Below are positions 1-9,313 of a DNA stretch of 64,000 nucleotides, piece after piece; positions within the stretch are counted from its first letter, which is position 1, and each line of letters opens with the position of its first letter. Below the pieces are notes generated by a model. It searched no databases. It saw only the letters and a program-made list of their open reading frames with translations, and was not told the origin of the DNA. The position numbers and the translations under genes were made by a program. Origin of the DNA: a virus (lineage: Duplodnaviria; Caudoviricetes); IMG/VR virus record IMGVR_UViG_3300033068_001957, positions 96,189-160,188 of that record; one strand, given 5' to 3'.

Positions 1-954
1 CGTTTTGCTGCTCGGAAAGAACCGATCTACAACGTGTAGCTCGCGTCCATACCATTCGCATTTGTATTCTAGCATGGTGCGAAAGTCTCGCCAGCCTTGC
101 TCGCTGATACAGCGAGAGAGCTTGCGGTTCTTGACCATGTTTGACACCGCCAAGTCTTCCAACGCAATCGCTTGGTTTTCGCGAACGAGTTGGGTTGACA
201 GTTTGTGAAGGAAATCTTTGCGCACGTCTGCGATGTGCTGGTGAACACGGGCGACTTTCTTGCGAGCGCGTTCGCGGTTTTTAGAACCTTTTACTTTGCG
301 AGAATGTAAGCGTTGAAGGCGGGCTAGTTTTTTACGCAAGCGGCGAATGCGCTTGGGCTGCGAAAACTTGCGGCCATCGCTCAAAGTCGCAAAATGTTCA
401 ATGCCAACGTCGATACCGATTTTGTTTGAAGAAGGTGGGAGCTTGGCGACTTCTTCCTCACAAAGGAACGAAGCAAACCATTGGCCAGCAGCGTTTTGCG
501 ATACGGTAACGGAGTTTGGTGCTCCCGAGAGAGGGCGCGACCATTGAACTTTGATAGGCTCGCTCATTTTAGCGAGGAAAAGATTATCTTCTTTCAATCG
601 AAAAGCGTTATCCATAAACCGTGCAGAACCGCCGTTTTTACGAGCTTTAAACGATGGATAAGCGTTTTTCTTTTTAAAGAAATTATTAAACGCCATATCT
701 AGATTTCTCAATGACTGCTGCAAGCAAACGCTCGATACATCATTGAGCCACTGGCGTTCGGGAGAATCCTTAAGATCGGTCAAACCTCGCGACGTTGCGC
801 CATAAGTGACGCTTTTCTTATTCGTAACCCAAGCTTCGCGTTTTTGTGCGAGCGCCCAATTATATACAAATCTGCACGATCCTATCGTTTTACGCAAGAT
901 TTCCTCTTGACAAATTGTTGGATAGATGCGATACTTGTATGCGCGGTGCGTCAT
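1..954 (-). CDS. tnpB: IS200/IS605-family RNA-guided endonuclease TnpB (3' end runs off the window)
   Basis: Not in the ORF track. Manual translation from ATG at 954 gives MTHRAYKYRIYPTICQEEILRKTIGSCRFVYNWA...IGIDVGIEHFATLSDG...FLHKLSTQLVRENQAIALEDL...DRFFPSSKT (HTH_OrfB N-terminus, RuvC-I D, RuvC-II E). Confidence 0.95.
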   Translation of the reverse strand, partial: MTHRAYKYRIYPTICQEEILRKTIGSCRFVYNWALAQKREAWVTNKKSVTYGATSRGLTDLKDSPERQWLNDVSSVCLQQSLRNLDMAFNNFFKKKNAYPSFKARKNGGSARFMDNAFRLKEDNLFLAKMSEPIKVQWSRPLSGAPNSVTVSQNAAGQWFASFLCEEEVAKLPPSSNKIGIDVGIEHFATLSDGRKFSQPKRIRRLRKKLARLQRLHSRKVKGSKNRERARKKVARVHQHIADVRKDFLHKLSTQLVRENQAIALEDLAVSNMVKNRKLSRCISEQGWRDFRTMLEYKCEWYGRELHVVDRFFPSSKT

Positions 955-1049
955 TCACTAATAGTTACACTTAACTTTACAAACTTTCCTAAAACAATGC
1001 GAAAATTCATCCCCTTCCTAAAGAAAGGGGTCTTCTTTTCGTCAATTTT
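1..1049 (-). mobile_element. tnpB-only (IS1341-like) IS200/IS605 element, left part
   Basis: The left-end hairpin at ~999-1044 aligns with the left end of the element at 60119. The 5' flank on the minus strand is TTAT (1050-1053). There is no tnpA between the left end and tnpB. Confidence 0.85.
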
Positions 1050-1081
1050 ATAAAATTTCAGCAAAAGACTGGCAAAACCGC

Positions 1082-1501
1082 TTGCAAGCCAAAGGATACG
1101 ATGTTATTGTCACTGACAAACTTATGAATAAAAACACAAAAACACCAACAAACACCGAAGCCCTTATTAAACTGAAAAACAAGGGTTATCATTGTCGCAT
1201 CCAGCACCTTCGCAAGGTCAAAGCCCTTGACATTGGAGAAGATGGGTTGTATTGCTATAAGGTTGATCCTGTATTGCATAATGATTCATATGTTCGCAAG
1301 GTCAATAAGGACGTATCAGAAGACGAAATTCCATATTTCAAGTATCTGCCAGAGGGCGGGGCCACAATTTTAACTTTGGAGAACGGCGAAGAAAAAATCA
1401 CTGTTCAGGCTACATGCTACGCGAAAGACCATTTCTCAAGACGAGTAGGAGTCGCTACTGCATTAGCGAAACTTAAGAAGCTTTATAACATTGGTGAATA
1501 A
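1082..1501 (+). CDS. hypothetical phage protein (possibly 5'-truncated by the IS)
   Basis: 139 aa ORF. The frame is open back to the IS junction at ~1050. Alternative ATG at 1124. Confidence 0.6.
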   Translation: MQAKGYDVIVTDKLMNKNTKTPTNTEALIKLKNKGYHCRIQHLRKVKALDIGEDGLYCYKVDPVLHNDSYVRKVNKDVSEDEIPYFKYLPEGGATILTLENGEEKITVQATCYAKDHFSRRVGVATALAKLKKLYNIGE

Positions 1502-1511
1502 TTATTAAAAT

Positions 1512-1976
1512 ATGAAAACAGCAAAACAATTGGGCCTCACCAAAACCCAACACAAGAATCTCGCGAAACTCACAATTTTTGTGCGTGATTCAATCCCGCC
1601 GCCAAAGTTTAATATTCGCTCTTTCCATAGCGAAGAAAATGAATATCCCGCAGATGCAACCTATAACGAATGCTCGACTAGTGCTTGTTTTTGCGGCTAC
1701 GGCCCCCTTGCTGGCATTAAACCCAGAAAAGCAGAAGATTGGAACGATTATGCAGGCAGGGTATTCGGAGCAAAATTAGAATGTTTTGAAGATCATGCGA
1801 TTTTCGAACTTCTTTTCGATGGCACTCATAAAAACAGCAAAGTCGCAGCCATTAAGCGTGGCGCGTATTTCCTTATGAATGGATTGCCAAAGACAAACCT
1901 TTATCTTGGTCATTGGGAAGCGCCTCGATCTTTCAGCCCAAATTGGCCCGAAATTGAGAAAATTGCGAATTCCTAG
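1512..1976 (+). CDS. hypothetical protein
   Basis: 154 aa ORF with CSTSACFCG motif, in the + strand gene run. Confidence 0.7.
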   Translation: MKTAKQLGLTKTQHKNLAKLTIFVRDSIPPPKFNIRSFHSEENEYPADATYNECSTSACFCGYGPLAGIKPRKAEDWNDYAGRVFGAKLECFEDHAIFELLFDGTHKNSKVAAIKRGAYFLMNGLPKTNLYLGHWEAPRSFSPNWPEIEKIANS

Positions 1977-2010
1977 TTGACTTGCGGCCAAAATAACCTA
2001 CAATATCAAC

Positions 2011-2391
2011 ATGTCCTTAAACACTCCATCCCCCGCTGGCCGCAAACTGCCTAACAAAATCTATAGCTATGTAGGCAACAGTCAGCCAGAATTGCGCGGT
2101 CTTCTTTTCCATAGAATCGCCGAATTTGATTCTGGCAAAGACGGCAAACAGAGCAAAAACAAATGGCCAGACTCTACCGACGAGTGGAAGTATGGATTCG
2201 GCCAAGACACAGTATTCCTTATGACCATCCCCCAAGATCATTTGCAGCCGCCACCGCTGAGAAAGATGTTTTGTTCGGTAATTGAAACGCCCGAAGATTA
2301 TACTGTCGGGAACGAAGGTGTAGGTGGGTTTCTATATTGCGCGTCTCAAGAGGATTTCGAGAGGGATTTTAAACAGAAAGGGGCGCAATGA
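2011..2391 (+). CDS. hypothetical protein
   Basis: ATG lies 6 nt after the -10 box; 126 aa. Confidence 0.7.
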   Translation: MSLNTPSPAGRKLPNKIYSYVGNSQPELRGLLFHRIAEFDSGKDGKQSKNKWPDSTDEWKYGFGQDTVFLMTIPQDHLQPPPLRKMFCSVIETPEDYTVGNEGVGGFLYCASQEDFERDFKQKGAQ

Positions 2392-2508
2392 ATTGGACAA
2401 CCATTGGAGTAGCCAGTATAATGATTGGGCTAGTTTGGATTCATCCGAGTTTAGGATTAATTGCCTTTGGACTTCTCTGTTTTATTTGGGCGCAAAAAGA
2501 ATAAAAAT

Positions 2509-2742
2509 ATGCAAGTAATTTATAAATCTGACCCTCGTTTGATTTTCGAGGTTGAATATCATCCCGAGGAACCAGCCACGGGCGAATACAAATATAGCCT
2601 TGGGGAGCCAAAAATTCCAGCCTATAATGAAATTACCGCCGTGGCATGGTCAGATGGTTACGGAGTCACTGACATCACAGAATTTGTCAAAGACCACTGC
2701 GAGAAACTATTCACCGAATGGGAGGAAGCATTGAATGACTAA
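2509..2742 (+). CDS. hypothetical acidic protein
   Basis: In-frame ATG at 2509 of ORF 2461-2742; overlaps the next start. Confidence 0.6.
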   Translation: MQVIYKSDPRLIFEVEYHPEEPATGEYKYSLGEPKIPAYNEITAVAWSDGYGVTDITEFVKDHCEKLFTEWEEALND

Positions 2743-3295
2743 ATTACAAGGCAAAACAGGCAAAGAAAAATACGGAATCAAGTTGACCGCCACGATCAAC
2801 AATTCGCCGCTTCCCGTTCTGGTTGAATATCCAGATGGGCGCGAAAATCCTATTATTAAGGCATATTTTGTGACTGGACGAACGGCAGCGATTAAGATTT
2901 TGATTAATGAGTCGCTAGAAGACGAGATTAAAAAGGGGAAAATCGGCGATTTAGAAGATGAAATTGCTACTTTAAACTCGGATATCGAAGACCTCAGAGG
3001 ATACAAAGACGAACTAGAAGAATGGACAGACGCTTTTGATGGTGACGCCGAAACCACAAAGAATCTTTGGGATGCCATTGAAGACTCCATTAGTCAATTT
3101 GCCGATGTGGCAGGCATGAGTCTGGTTGCGAATGATGCAGATAATATTGATAGACTTTGTAAAAGCTTCGAATTACGACTCGCTGAATTAAAGGATGCCG
3201 ACGAAATTATCGACGAATTAAAACTAGAAAATCTCGCCGCCAAAAGAAAAATCGCCGAATTGGAAGAAATAGCTTGCGGATTGGGCGGAAAGTAA
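2735..3295 (+). CDS. acidic coiled-coil hypothetical protein
   Basis: 186 aa with a D/E-rich heptad pattern. Confidence 0.7.
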   Translation: MTKLQGKTGKEKYGIKLTATINNSPLPVLVEYPDGRENPIIKAYFVTGRTAAIKILINESLEDEIKKGKIGDLEDEIATLNSDIEDLRGYKDELEEWTDAFDGDAETTKNLWDAIEDSISQFADVAGMSLVANDADNIDRLCKSFELRLAELKDADEIIDELKLENLAAKRKIAELEEIACGLGGK

Positions 3296-3543
3296 GTCAT
3301 TAACATATGAATCTCACAGAAAAATTCTCCTATCTCCTGCCCGCATTTCCGCCGCAGGATTTTGATACAGAAACTTTTATTACTCAAGCAATTGAATCAG
3401 AATTTAAAACACTAAAAAGTGTGCGCGAAATTCTAAAAGACTATTTGCACGAAATTCCAAGAGATGTTAAGTTGCTGCCTGAGCGAATCAAATATTTGCT
3501 TGACAATTAAAGATTTCAGAGTAAACTAAAAACCTCAACAAAA

Positions 3544-3618
3544 TCTCTCGTAATTCAACAGTAGAATGCCACTCTTTTAAAGTGGAGGTTGAAGGTGCAA
3601 CTCCTTCCGAGAGAACTA
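3544..3618 (+). tRNA. tRNA-Lys(UUU)
   Basis: Acceptor TCTCTCG/CGAGAGA; D-arm ATTC/GAAT; anticodon arm CCACT-CT TTT AA-AGTGG; T-arm GAAGG-TGCAACT-CCTTC; ends ACTA; own promoter TTGACA at 3500. Confidence 0.9.
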
Positions 3619-3630
3619 ATTTACAACATT

Positions 3631-5610
3631 ATGTTTAAAGACATCAGAACCCAAATGCAAGCCAAGTTCAACGAAATCGTTGCAACTGGAAAACTTTTCA
3701 CTGTGAATGCTAACCGCGATGAAGTCTGGCAAACTTATCTAAACGCTTTCTCAGAAGATAAGAAGCAAGAAAATACCTGCAATTGCTGCAAATCGTTCAT
3801 TCGCCAATATGGGTCTATCGTAGGAATTAATAGCAAGAATGAGAAAATAACACTTTGGGACTTCATAACGACGGACGAAGAATACGCCGAACCGATCAAA
3901 GCTCTTAGCAAGTATATCAAGAGTCTGCCGATTACTGGAATCTTTTTCGCCGAACAAAAGAAATGCGGCGTGGAAAAAAATCCAGATAGCGTGCGGGGAA
4001 TTATTTGGGATCATTATAACATTGAAATGCCCCCGACTTTCGTAAAGAAAGATTTTGGCCCGTTGCAAGCTACCGCTTTGGATAGCAAAAACGTATTAAA
4101 GCGTTCATTCGAAGAAATTACAGATGATGCAGTAGATACTGTTCTTGAACTTATCGCCCAAGGTTCCCTTTATCGCGGCGAAGAACACAAGAAAACCGTT
4201 TCAGATTTTCGCGCCCTAAAAGAAAAATATAAGAAACTTAAAAATACTCAACACAAGGATAATTTCTGCTGGATTGAATCGGCGAAAGTCGGAGGAAATG
4301 TTTCGCACATTCGGAATACTTCTATCGGAACGTTACTTAATGATTTGAGCGACGGGAAAGAACTTGATAAGGCCGTAAGCTCTTTTGAAAAAGTAGTTGC
4401 TCCTACGAACTACAAGCGTCCTACGGCGCTCGTAACCCCGCGAATGATTGAAGATGCTCAAAAGACTTTGGATGAGCTAGGATTGACTAGCGCTCTCTAT
4501 CGCCGCATGCTCTCGACTAACGATTTAAACGTTAATAATAGCTTGTTTGTTTATCGTCCGAAGAAAGTTGAAACGAATATCTTTGATGAATTGAAGAATG
4601 CCGCGCCAGTAAATCCGAAATCTTTCGCTAAGGTAGAAGAGGTTTCGATTAGCGATTTTGTGGAAAAGATTCTACCTACTTGTAAGTTGGTAAAAGTCTT
4701 AGTTGAAAACACCCATTTGGGAAATTTTGTTTCTCTTGTTGGGCCGAAAAATCTCGAAGACACTGAAACACTCTTTAAATGGGGCAATAATTTCTCTTGG
4801 AGCTATTCTGGGAATGTTGCTGACAGTATCAAAGAGCGCGTTAAAGCTGCTGGTGGAAATGTCGATGGGGTAATGAGAATTAGTCTCAGTTGGGATAATA
4901 CTGACGATCTTGATTTGCACCTTCAAGGGCCAAATCGCGAGCATGTTTATTATTCATCTAGACATGGCGCTAGTGGAGCTACTCTGGATGTTGATGCAAA
5001 TGGTCTTGACGGCATCCGAGAAGACCCTGTTGAAAACATTTACTGGAAATCCCTACCAAAGGATGGAAATTATAAAGTCGTCGTTAACAACTACAATAAA
5101 CGCGGCGCATCCAATCAAGGGTACACTCTCGAAATCGAATATGATGGTCAAACTTGCCATTGGTCATCCGAAACAAATAATGCTCCAAATAAAGAAATCG
5201 TTTCTTTTGATTTTTCTAAAAAGACTGGAATTAAATTCTCTACGCCTGTTAGAGCAAGCATTGGAAAATACAATTCAAAAGATAAATGGGGAATTTCTAC
5301 TGGCGTATTTCATAATGTAAAGGCGGTCACTCTTAGCCCTAATTTCTGGAATTCAGCGGTTGGAAACAAGCATTTCTTCTTTATGTTGGATGAATGTAAG
5401 TCCGATGAAAAGACTCGCGGCATTTATAATGAATTCTTGGACGAAAAATTCTCAAAACATCGCAAGGTTTTTGAAATTTTGGGTAGCAAGGTAGCCGTAG
5501 AACCAGTTGTCGATGAACTTTCTGGACTCGGCTTCTCAGATACCATTCGCACCGAATTAGTCGCCGAAATTGAAGGAAAATTTAAAAGAACCATCAAAAT
5601 TAAGTTCTAA
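3631..5610 (+). CDS. conserved large phage protein with a C-terminal YfaP/DUF2135-like domain
   Basis: Motifs ISLSWDNTDDLDLH, LDVDANG, PVENIYW; N-terminal CNCC. The true ATG is at 3631 because the upstream extension overlaps the tRNA. Confidence 0.75.
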   Translation: MFKDIRTQMQAKFNEIVATGKLFTVNANRDEVWQTYLNAFSEDKKQENTCNCCKSFIRQYGSIVGINSKNEKITLWDFITTDEEYAEPIKALSKYIKSLPITGIFFAEQKKCGVEKNPDSVRGIIWDHYNIEMPPTFVKKDFGPLQATALDSKNVLKRSFEEITDDAVDTVLELIAQGSLYRGEEHKKTVSDFRALKEKYKKLKNTQHKDNFCWIESAKVGGNVSHIRNTSIGTLLNDLSDGKELDKAVSSFEKVVAPTNYKRPTALVTPRMIEDAQKTLDELGLTSALYRRMLSTNDLNVNNSLFVYRPKKVETNIFDELKNAAPVNPKSFAKVEEVSISDFVEKILPTCKLVKVLVENTHLGNFVSLVGPKNLEDTETLFKWGNNFSWSYSGNVADSIKERVKAAGGNVDGVMRISLSWDNTDDLDLHLQGPNREHVYYSSRHGASGATLDVDANGLDGIREDPVENIYWKSLPKDGNYKVVVNNYNKRGASNQGYTLEIEYDGQTCHWSSETNNAPNKEIVSFDFSKKTGIKFSTPVRASIGKYNSKDKWGISTGVFHNVKAVTLSPNFWNSAVGNKHFFFMLDECKSDEKTRGIYNEFLDEKFSKHRKVFEILGSKVAVEPVVDELSGLGFSDTIRTELVAEIEGKFKRTIKIKF

Positions 5611-5655
5611 AAACCTATTGACAAACACCTAATTCTTAACTAAAATAACAAACAT

Positions 5656-6048
5656 ATGAGCACTACACCAAACGACCTCTTCATTGAGGCATCTCGCCGC
5701 AAACTCCGCTTTAACTCCAACAAAGGATCGCTCAACGTAGATGATCTTTGGGACGTTCCCCTTGAATTCCTCGATAATCTAGCCGTAGCTCTCGAAGAAC
5801 AGATTCAGAAGGCGGGCAAAAAATCATTCCTTGCCAAGAGAAGCGCATCGACTCTTCAGCTTGACATCTCTTTCGAGATTGCGAAATACGTCCTCGAAAC
5901 CCGCGTGGCAGAAGATGAAGCTCGCAAGGATAAGGCCAGCAAGGAAGCCAAGCGATCACAACTCAAGGCACTTCTCGAAGAAAAGCAAATGGAGAAAATC
6001 AAGGGGCAATCGGTTGAAGAAATCGAAGCTCAACTTGCTTCTCTGTAA
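5656..6048 (+). CDS. conserved phage coiled-coil protein
   Basis: ASRRKLRF-KG-L-VDDLWD-PL motif; own promoter at 5618. Confidence 0.75.
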   Translation: MSTTPNDLFIEASRRKLRFNSNKGSLNVDDLWDVPLEFLDNLAVALEEQIQKAGKKSFLAKRSASTLQLDISFEIAKYVLETRVAEDEARKDKASKEAKRSQLKALLEEKQMEKIKGQSVEEIEAQLASL

Positions 6049-6059
6049 GATTTTTAAAT

Positions 6060-6136
6060 TACGCTTTGTCCGAGTAGTTAGGAGCCTGTCGCTTAAACGG
6101 GTCTAGCCTAGATGCAAATTCTAGGAGGCGTAACCA
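6060..6136 (+). tRNA. atypical tRNA-like gene, anticodon CUU (Lys?)
   Basis: Acceptor (T)ACGCTTT/GAGGCGT(A); anticodon arm CCTGT-CG CTT AA-ACGGG (G33); T-arm CTAGA-TGCAAAT-TCTAG; ends ACCA; one extra nt in the acceptor/T branch. Confidence 0.6.
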
Positions 6137-6139
6137 AAT

Positions 6140-6212
6140 CAGCCGTTAGTTTAAAGTAGAACGCATCCATTTGGCGGATGAAATCCTTTTGCGAGTATTG
6201 GGCGGCTGACTA
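6140..6212 (+). tRNA. degenerate tRNA, anticodon UUG (Gln) on a Pro-like acceptor
   Basis: Acceptor CAGCCGT/GCGGCTG-A; D-arm GTTT/GAAC; CATCC-AT TTG GC-GGATG; T-stem has two U-U mismatches; ends ACTA. Confidence 0.55.
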
Positions 6213-6216
6213 ATTT

Positions 6217-6248
6217 AAGAGCGGCGATTAATTTCGCCGCTCTTTTCT
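6217..6248 (+). terminator. intrinsic terminator
   Basis: AAGAGCGGCGA-ttaatt-TCGCCGCTCTT followed by T-rich sequence. Confidence 0.8.
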
Positions 6249-6281
6249 TGACTAGAAAGAAAATTAAGCTATAATATCGCC

Positions 6282-6662
6282 ATGTACTTCCGAATCTATA
6301 ACAAGCTGGAATCCAAATACGAAGATTCCTCCAAAACCATTGCTCACAATGGGGAAATCGTTGGTTTGAAAAATAAAATCATTGGTGGCTGGACGGTTAC
6401 ATTTTCGCCTGCTGAAAACTTTATTGTCGAACCATGGACAGGCTATTTCGACAAAAATGGCAAAAAAATCTACAACGGCGATATTCTCGAACAGTACAGC
6501 ATATTTGATTTCAAGAGTAAAGTAGTATGGAAAAACGGCGGATTCATGATGGTTCCTATTGATCCAGAAGGGATTGAGAATACCATGGGCTATTCGGGCA
6601 TCCTAAAAGGTTGGACAATCACAGGAAATATCCACGAAGTTGAGTATTCTGAGGGAAAATAG
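6282..6662 (+). CDS. YopX family protein
   Basis: MYFRIY...TGYFDKNGKKIYNGDIL...GNIHE signature. Confidence 0.9.
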   Translation: MYFRIYNKLESKYEDSSKTIAHNGEIVGLKNKIIGGWTVTFSPAENFIVEPWTGYFDKNGKKIYNGDILEQYSIFDFKSKVVWKNGGFMMVPIDPEGIENTMGYSGILKGWTITGNIHEVEYSEGK

Positions 6663-6705
6663 AGAATATTGCGTGTAATATAGGATATAACAATCCTTTA
6701 AATAT

Positions 6706-6891
6706 ATGCAGTTTCTCATTGATCATTCTTCCGACATTCTTACCGCCCTAGCTTCCGTAGTCGCATCGGCTGCCGCTATCGCGACAATTTTCGGCAAATC
6801 CGATAATAAATATATCGAAGGAGCCAGAAAATTTGTTAACTTTTTAGCCCTGAATTTTGGCAAGGCAGAAAATAAAGATGCTCCAAAATAA
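6706..6891 (+). CDS. small membrane protein, holin-like
   Basis: One hydrophobic helix, C-terminal FLALNFGKAEN; preceded by the GTGTAA late motif at 6673. Confidence 0.55.
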   Translation: MQFLIDHSSDILTALASVVASAAAIATIFGKSDNKYIEGARKFVNFLALNFGKAENKDAPK

Positions 6892-6917
6892 TCTTCACTC
6901 TCAACAATTAACCCACG

Positions 6918-6943
6918 AAATCCGCCCATTGGGCGGATTTTTT
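6918..6943 (+). terminator. intrinsic terminator
   Basis: AAATCCGCCC-att-GGGCGGATTT followed by TTT. Confidence 0.8.
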
Positions 6944-6979
6944 GTTGACTTGTTTATGATTTTGGGCTAGAATATACAC

Positions 6980-7297
6980 ATGAAACCGCTAGACCAATTC
7001 ACCCGTGATGAAAAATCGCAACTTCTCTATCTCGAAACTCGCCTTGTAGATTATTCTGGCAGAGTAGATACTAGGAAGATGAACAAAACTGATCACGACA
7101 CCATGGAAAACTGGAAGAAGGAGGGGTTTGTTTCTTATGGTCGTATTTGTCATGCTGATGTCACTGATGGTGGAACCATGTGGTGCCAATTTTCAGATGA
7201 AGCGTGGCAATATGCCCATCAAGCGAGAAAAAATCGAGCCACAGCCTCATGGAATAATCGGACATGGCAAACCACCGAAGAATATCGCAACTCTTAA
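6980..7297 (+). CDS. hypothetical protein
   Basis: Leaderless ATG after the promoter at 6945. Confidence 0.75.
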   Translation: MKPLDQFTRDEKSQLLYLETRLVDYSGRVDTRKMNKTDHDTMENWKKEGFVSYGRICHADVTDGGTMWCQFSDEAWQYAHQARKNRATASWNNRTWQTTEEYRNS

Positions 7298-7742
7298 CAA
7301 CATGGAAACATTTAACAACGCACACTGGTTTATTTTCGCCACTTCTATTTTTATTAGTTTCTGGATTGGAGTAATTCTAACAAATATAGAATATAAAGCG
7401 CCCGAATCTGGATTTCAAATTATAATTGGGTTTATTGGGAATGCGGTGCTTATCATTGCTATGTTCTACAATCTCTTTCGAATCGTTCAGCCGCTTCTTT
7501 AATATGTTTAAAAAATTCTTGCTCCTATTCCCCCATTTTCAGCGACTCGAAAAATACCGCGCTGAACAAAAAGAAGAGGACCGCTTGAGGCGAGAAGAAC
7601 TTATTAAACTTCTTGAAAAAGAAAAATACTGGAACGATCTATATGAAAAACAAGACGCTGAAAACCGCCGCCTTGAAGATATTCGCGAATCTTTGCTCGA
7701 AAACCAAAAATTCTTAAGATTGAGAATATCGCGCCAAACGTT

Positions 7743-8381
7743 TTAACGGAGATATTTGTCAAATGCCATCCTAAGTTTCGGCGGAATCTGTTTGTAGGAT
7801 TTCTGTAAACTGTCTGGCGCGTGTTTGGCGATCTTTCGAATGCAGCAAGAAACAACGGGCCATTTTCCCGTCTCCCCCATATATAAATAAGAATAAAGAT
7901 AAGCCGACGACTGCCTTTGATACTCGGCCAAATCAATATACTTGGTCCAGCGGCGTTTAATTTCGCGAACTGTTTTGCGTTCGCAATCTAATTCGATGGC
8001 CAAAGCGGCGGCGATAGCAGCATGTTTTTTATAAATTCTTTGACCCGACAAATAAGAAAAAAACCTACTATGCCCATGACGGATTCTACCTTTGTACCAG
8101 ATTGATTTAGGATTGAGCCATTGACCCTTGAAGTGGGAAACTTCATGCAGAAGCGTTTGAAAACAAGATGTTAAAGATGAACCAATAGATACGGCCAAAA
8201 TTTTTCTGCAATCATCAAAATAGCCACCTGATCTACCACCACACGAATTAACCTGTTTCCCAGCGCCAACGAAAAATGTTACTCCATGTTGTTTGCATTT
8301 TTCATCCACTTCTAAAAAATAATTTCTTATTTCTTCGGGGAATTTCTTTAGAATTTTTCTTGCCTTTGATGATATTTTCAT
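7743..8381 (-). CDS. putative zinc metallopeptidase-like protein (HExxH)
   Basis: TLLHEVSH and downstream IELDCE; the ATG at 8381 overlaps the HNH stop codon (ATGA). Confidence 0.6.
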   Translation of the reverse strand: MKISSKARKILKKFPEEIRNYFLEVDEKCKQHGVTFFVGAGKQVNSCGGRSGGYFDDCRKILAVSIGSSLTSCFQTLLHEVSHFKGQWLNPKSIWYKGRIRHGHSRFFSYLSGQRIYKKHAAIAAALAIELDCERKTVREIKRRWTKYIDLAEYQRQSSAYLYSYLYMGETGKWPVVSCCIRKIAKHAPDSLQKSYKQIPPKLRMAFDKYLR

Positions 8382-9163
8382 ATATTTAATCCATAACCAA
8401 ACATGTCGCATCCATCCTTTGGCCGCGATTGATTCTCGCTGGCCCAGAGTGGTCTTAAATTTGAATAGTGAAAGCATCTTTCTTGTTCCTTCTCATCGAA
8501 AAGGTTAAAAGTATTGCATGGAATAATATGATCAATATGCCATCCATATTTTCCATAATTGTCCCAAGACATCCCTTCTGTAAATTGCTTTTCAATGTAA
8601 AGATAGAGAAAATCCAGACTGCATCCTGTTAAATTCATCGTTCTTTTTCGCTTTATAGCCTTTCTTTTCGCCAGAGAATAATGAATCACTTTAAGTAGTG
8701 ACTGATAAATATCCCTTTTCCCCCTGACTTTATCTTTGAATTCTTTTACTTCTTCTGAAAATAAATGCGAGCTTTTTGTTCTATAAATGTTTTTTATAGA
8801 AAATTCTCCAGACCGCTCCTTTAAACAAAAAATTCTTCCTCCAATACTAGCTAATTTTTGCCTACCAGACTTCATCTCATAAACGTATTTTCCTTCATTA
8901 TCATTGTATGGAATATTTAAGTGAATGAATATACTTTTATTTTTTAAACACTCGAACTCTTCTTTAGAGTTTATATCAACAAGAGTAAAAATTAATCGCT
9001 CCTTATCTTTTAAAAGGCAGAGTCTATCAATAACTATTTTGTGTTTTTTATCCATTCTCAAATGAGAGATAAGAGATGGATCAATAGAAAAACATTTAGA
9101 TATTTCTTTATTGGTTGCAGTGATGATTTGTTTCGTGATACAGTCGTATATTTCTTTAGCCAT
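8378..9163 (-). CDS. HNH homing endonuclease
   Basis: GMSWDNYG-WHIDHIIP...CFHYSNLRPLWASEN; GTGTAA motif at 9174-9179. Confidence 0.85.
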   Translation of the reverse strand: MAKEIYDCITKQIITATNKEISKCFSIDPSLISHLRMDKKHKIVIDRLCLLKDKERLIFTLVDINSKEEFECLKNKSIFIHLNIPYNDNEGKYVYEMKSGRQKLASIGGRIFCLKERSGEFSIKNIYRTKSSHLFSEEVKEFKDKVRGKRDIYQSLLKVIHYSLAKRKAIKRKRTMNLTGCSLDFLYLYIEKQFTEGMSWDNYGKYGWHIDHIIPCNTFNLFDEKEQERCFHYSNLRPLWASENQSRPKDGCDMFGYGLNI

Positions 9164-9313
9164 ATACATGAAATTACACATTTTCTTAGTCGAAAAGATA
9201 ATTTTTTAAACAAACCTTTCATGCTTTAAATTACAGGAAAACTTTGATTTCTTGCTGGCAAAAGATTATTTTTTTTCTTGACAGGGTGAAAAAGACCGCC
9301 TATAGTTAAAAAC

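Noticed and set aside
5-1053. Plus-strand ORFs 5-208, 347-547, 481-702 and 844-1053
   Set aside because: Shadows of the minus-strand tnpB gene and the IS left end.
3589-3630. N-terminal extension of the 673-aa ORF
   Set aside because: It overlaps the tRNA-Lys T-arm; the ATG at 3631 is the plausible start.
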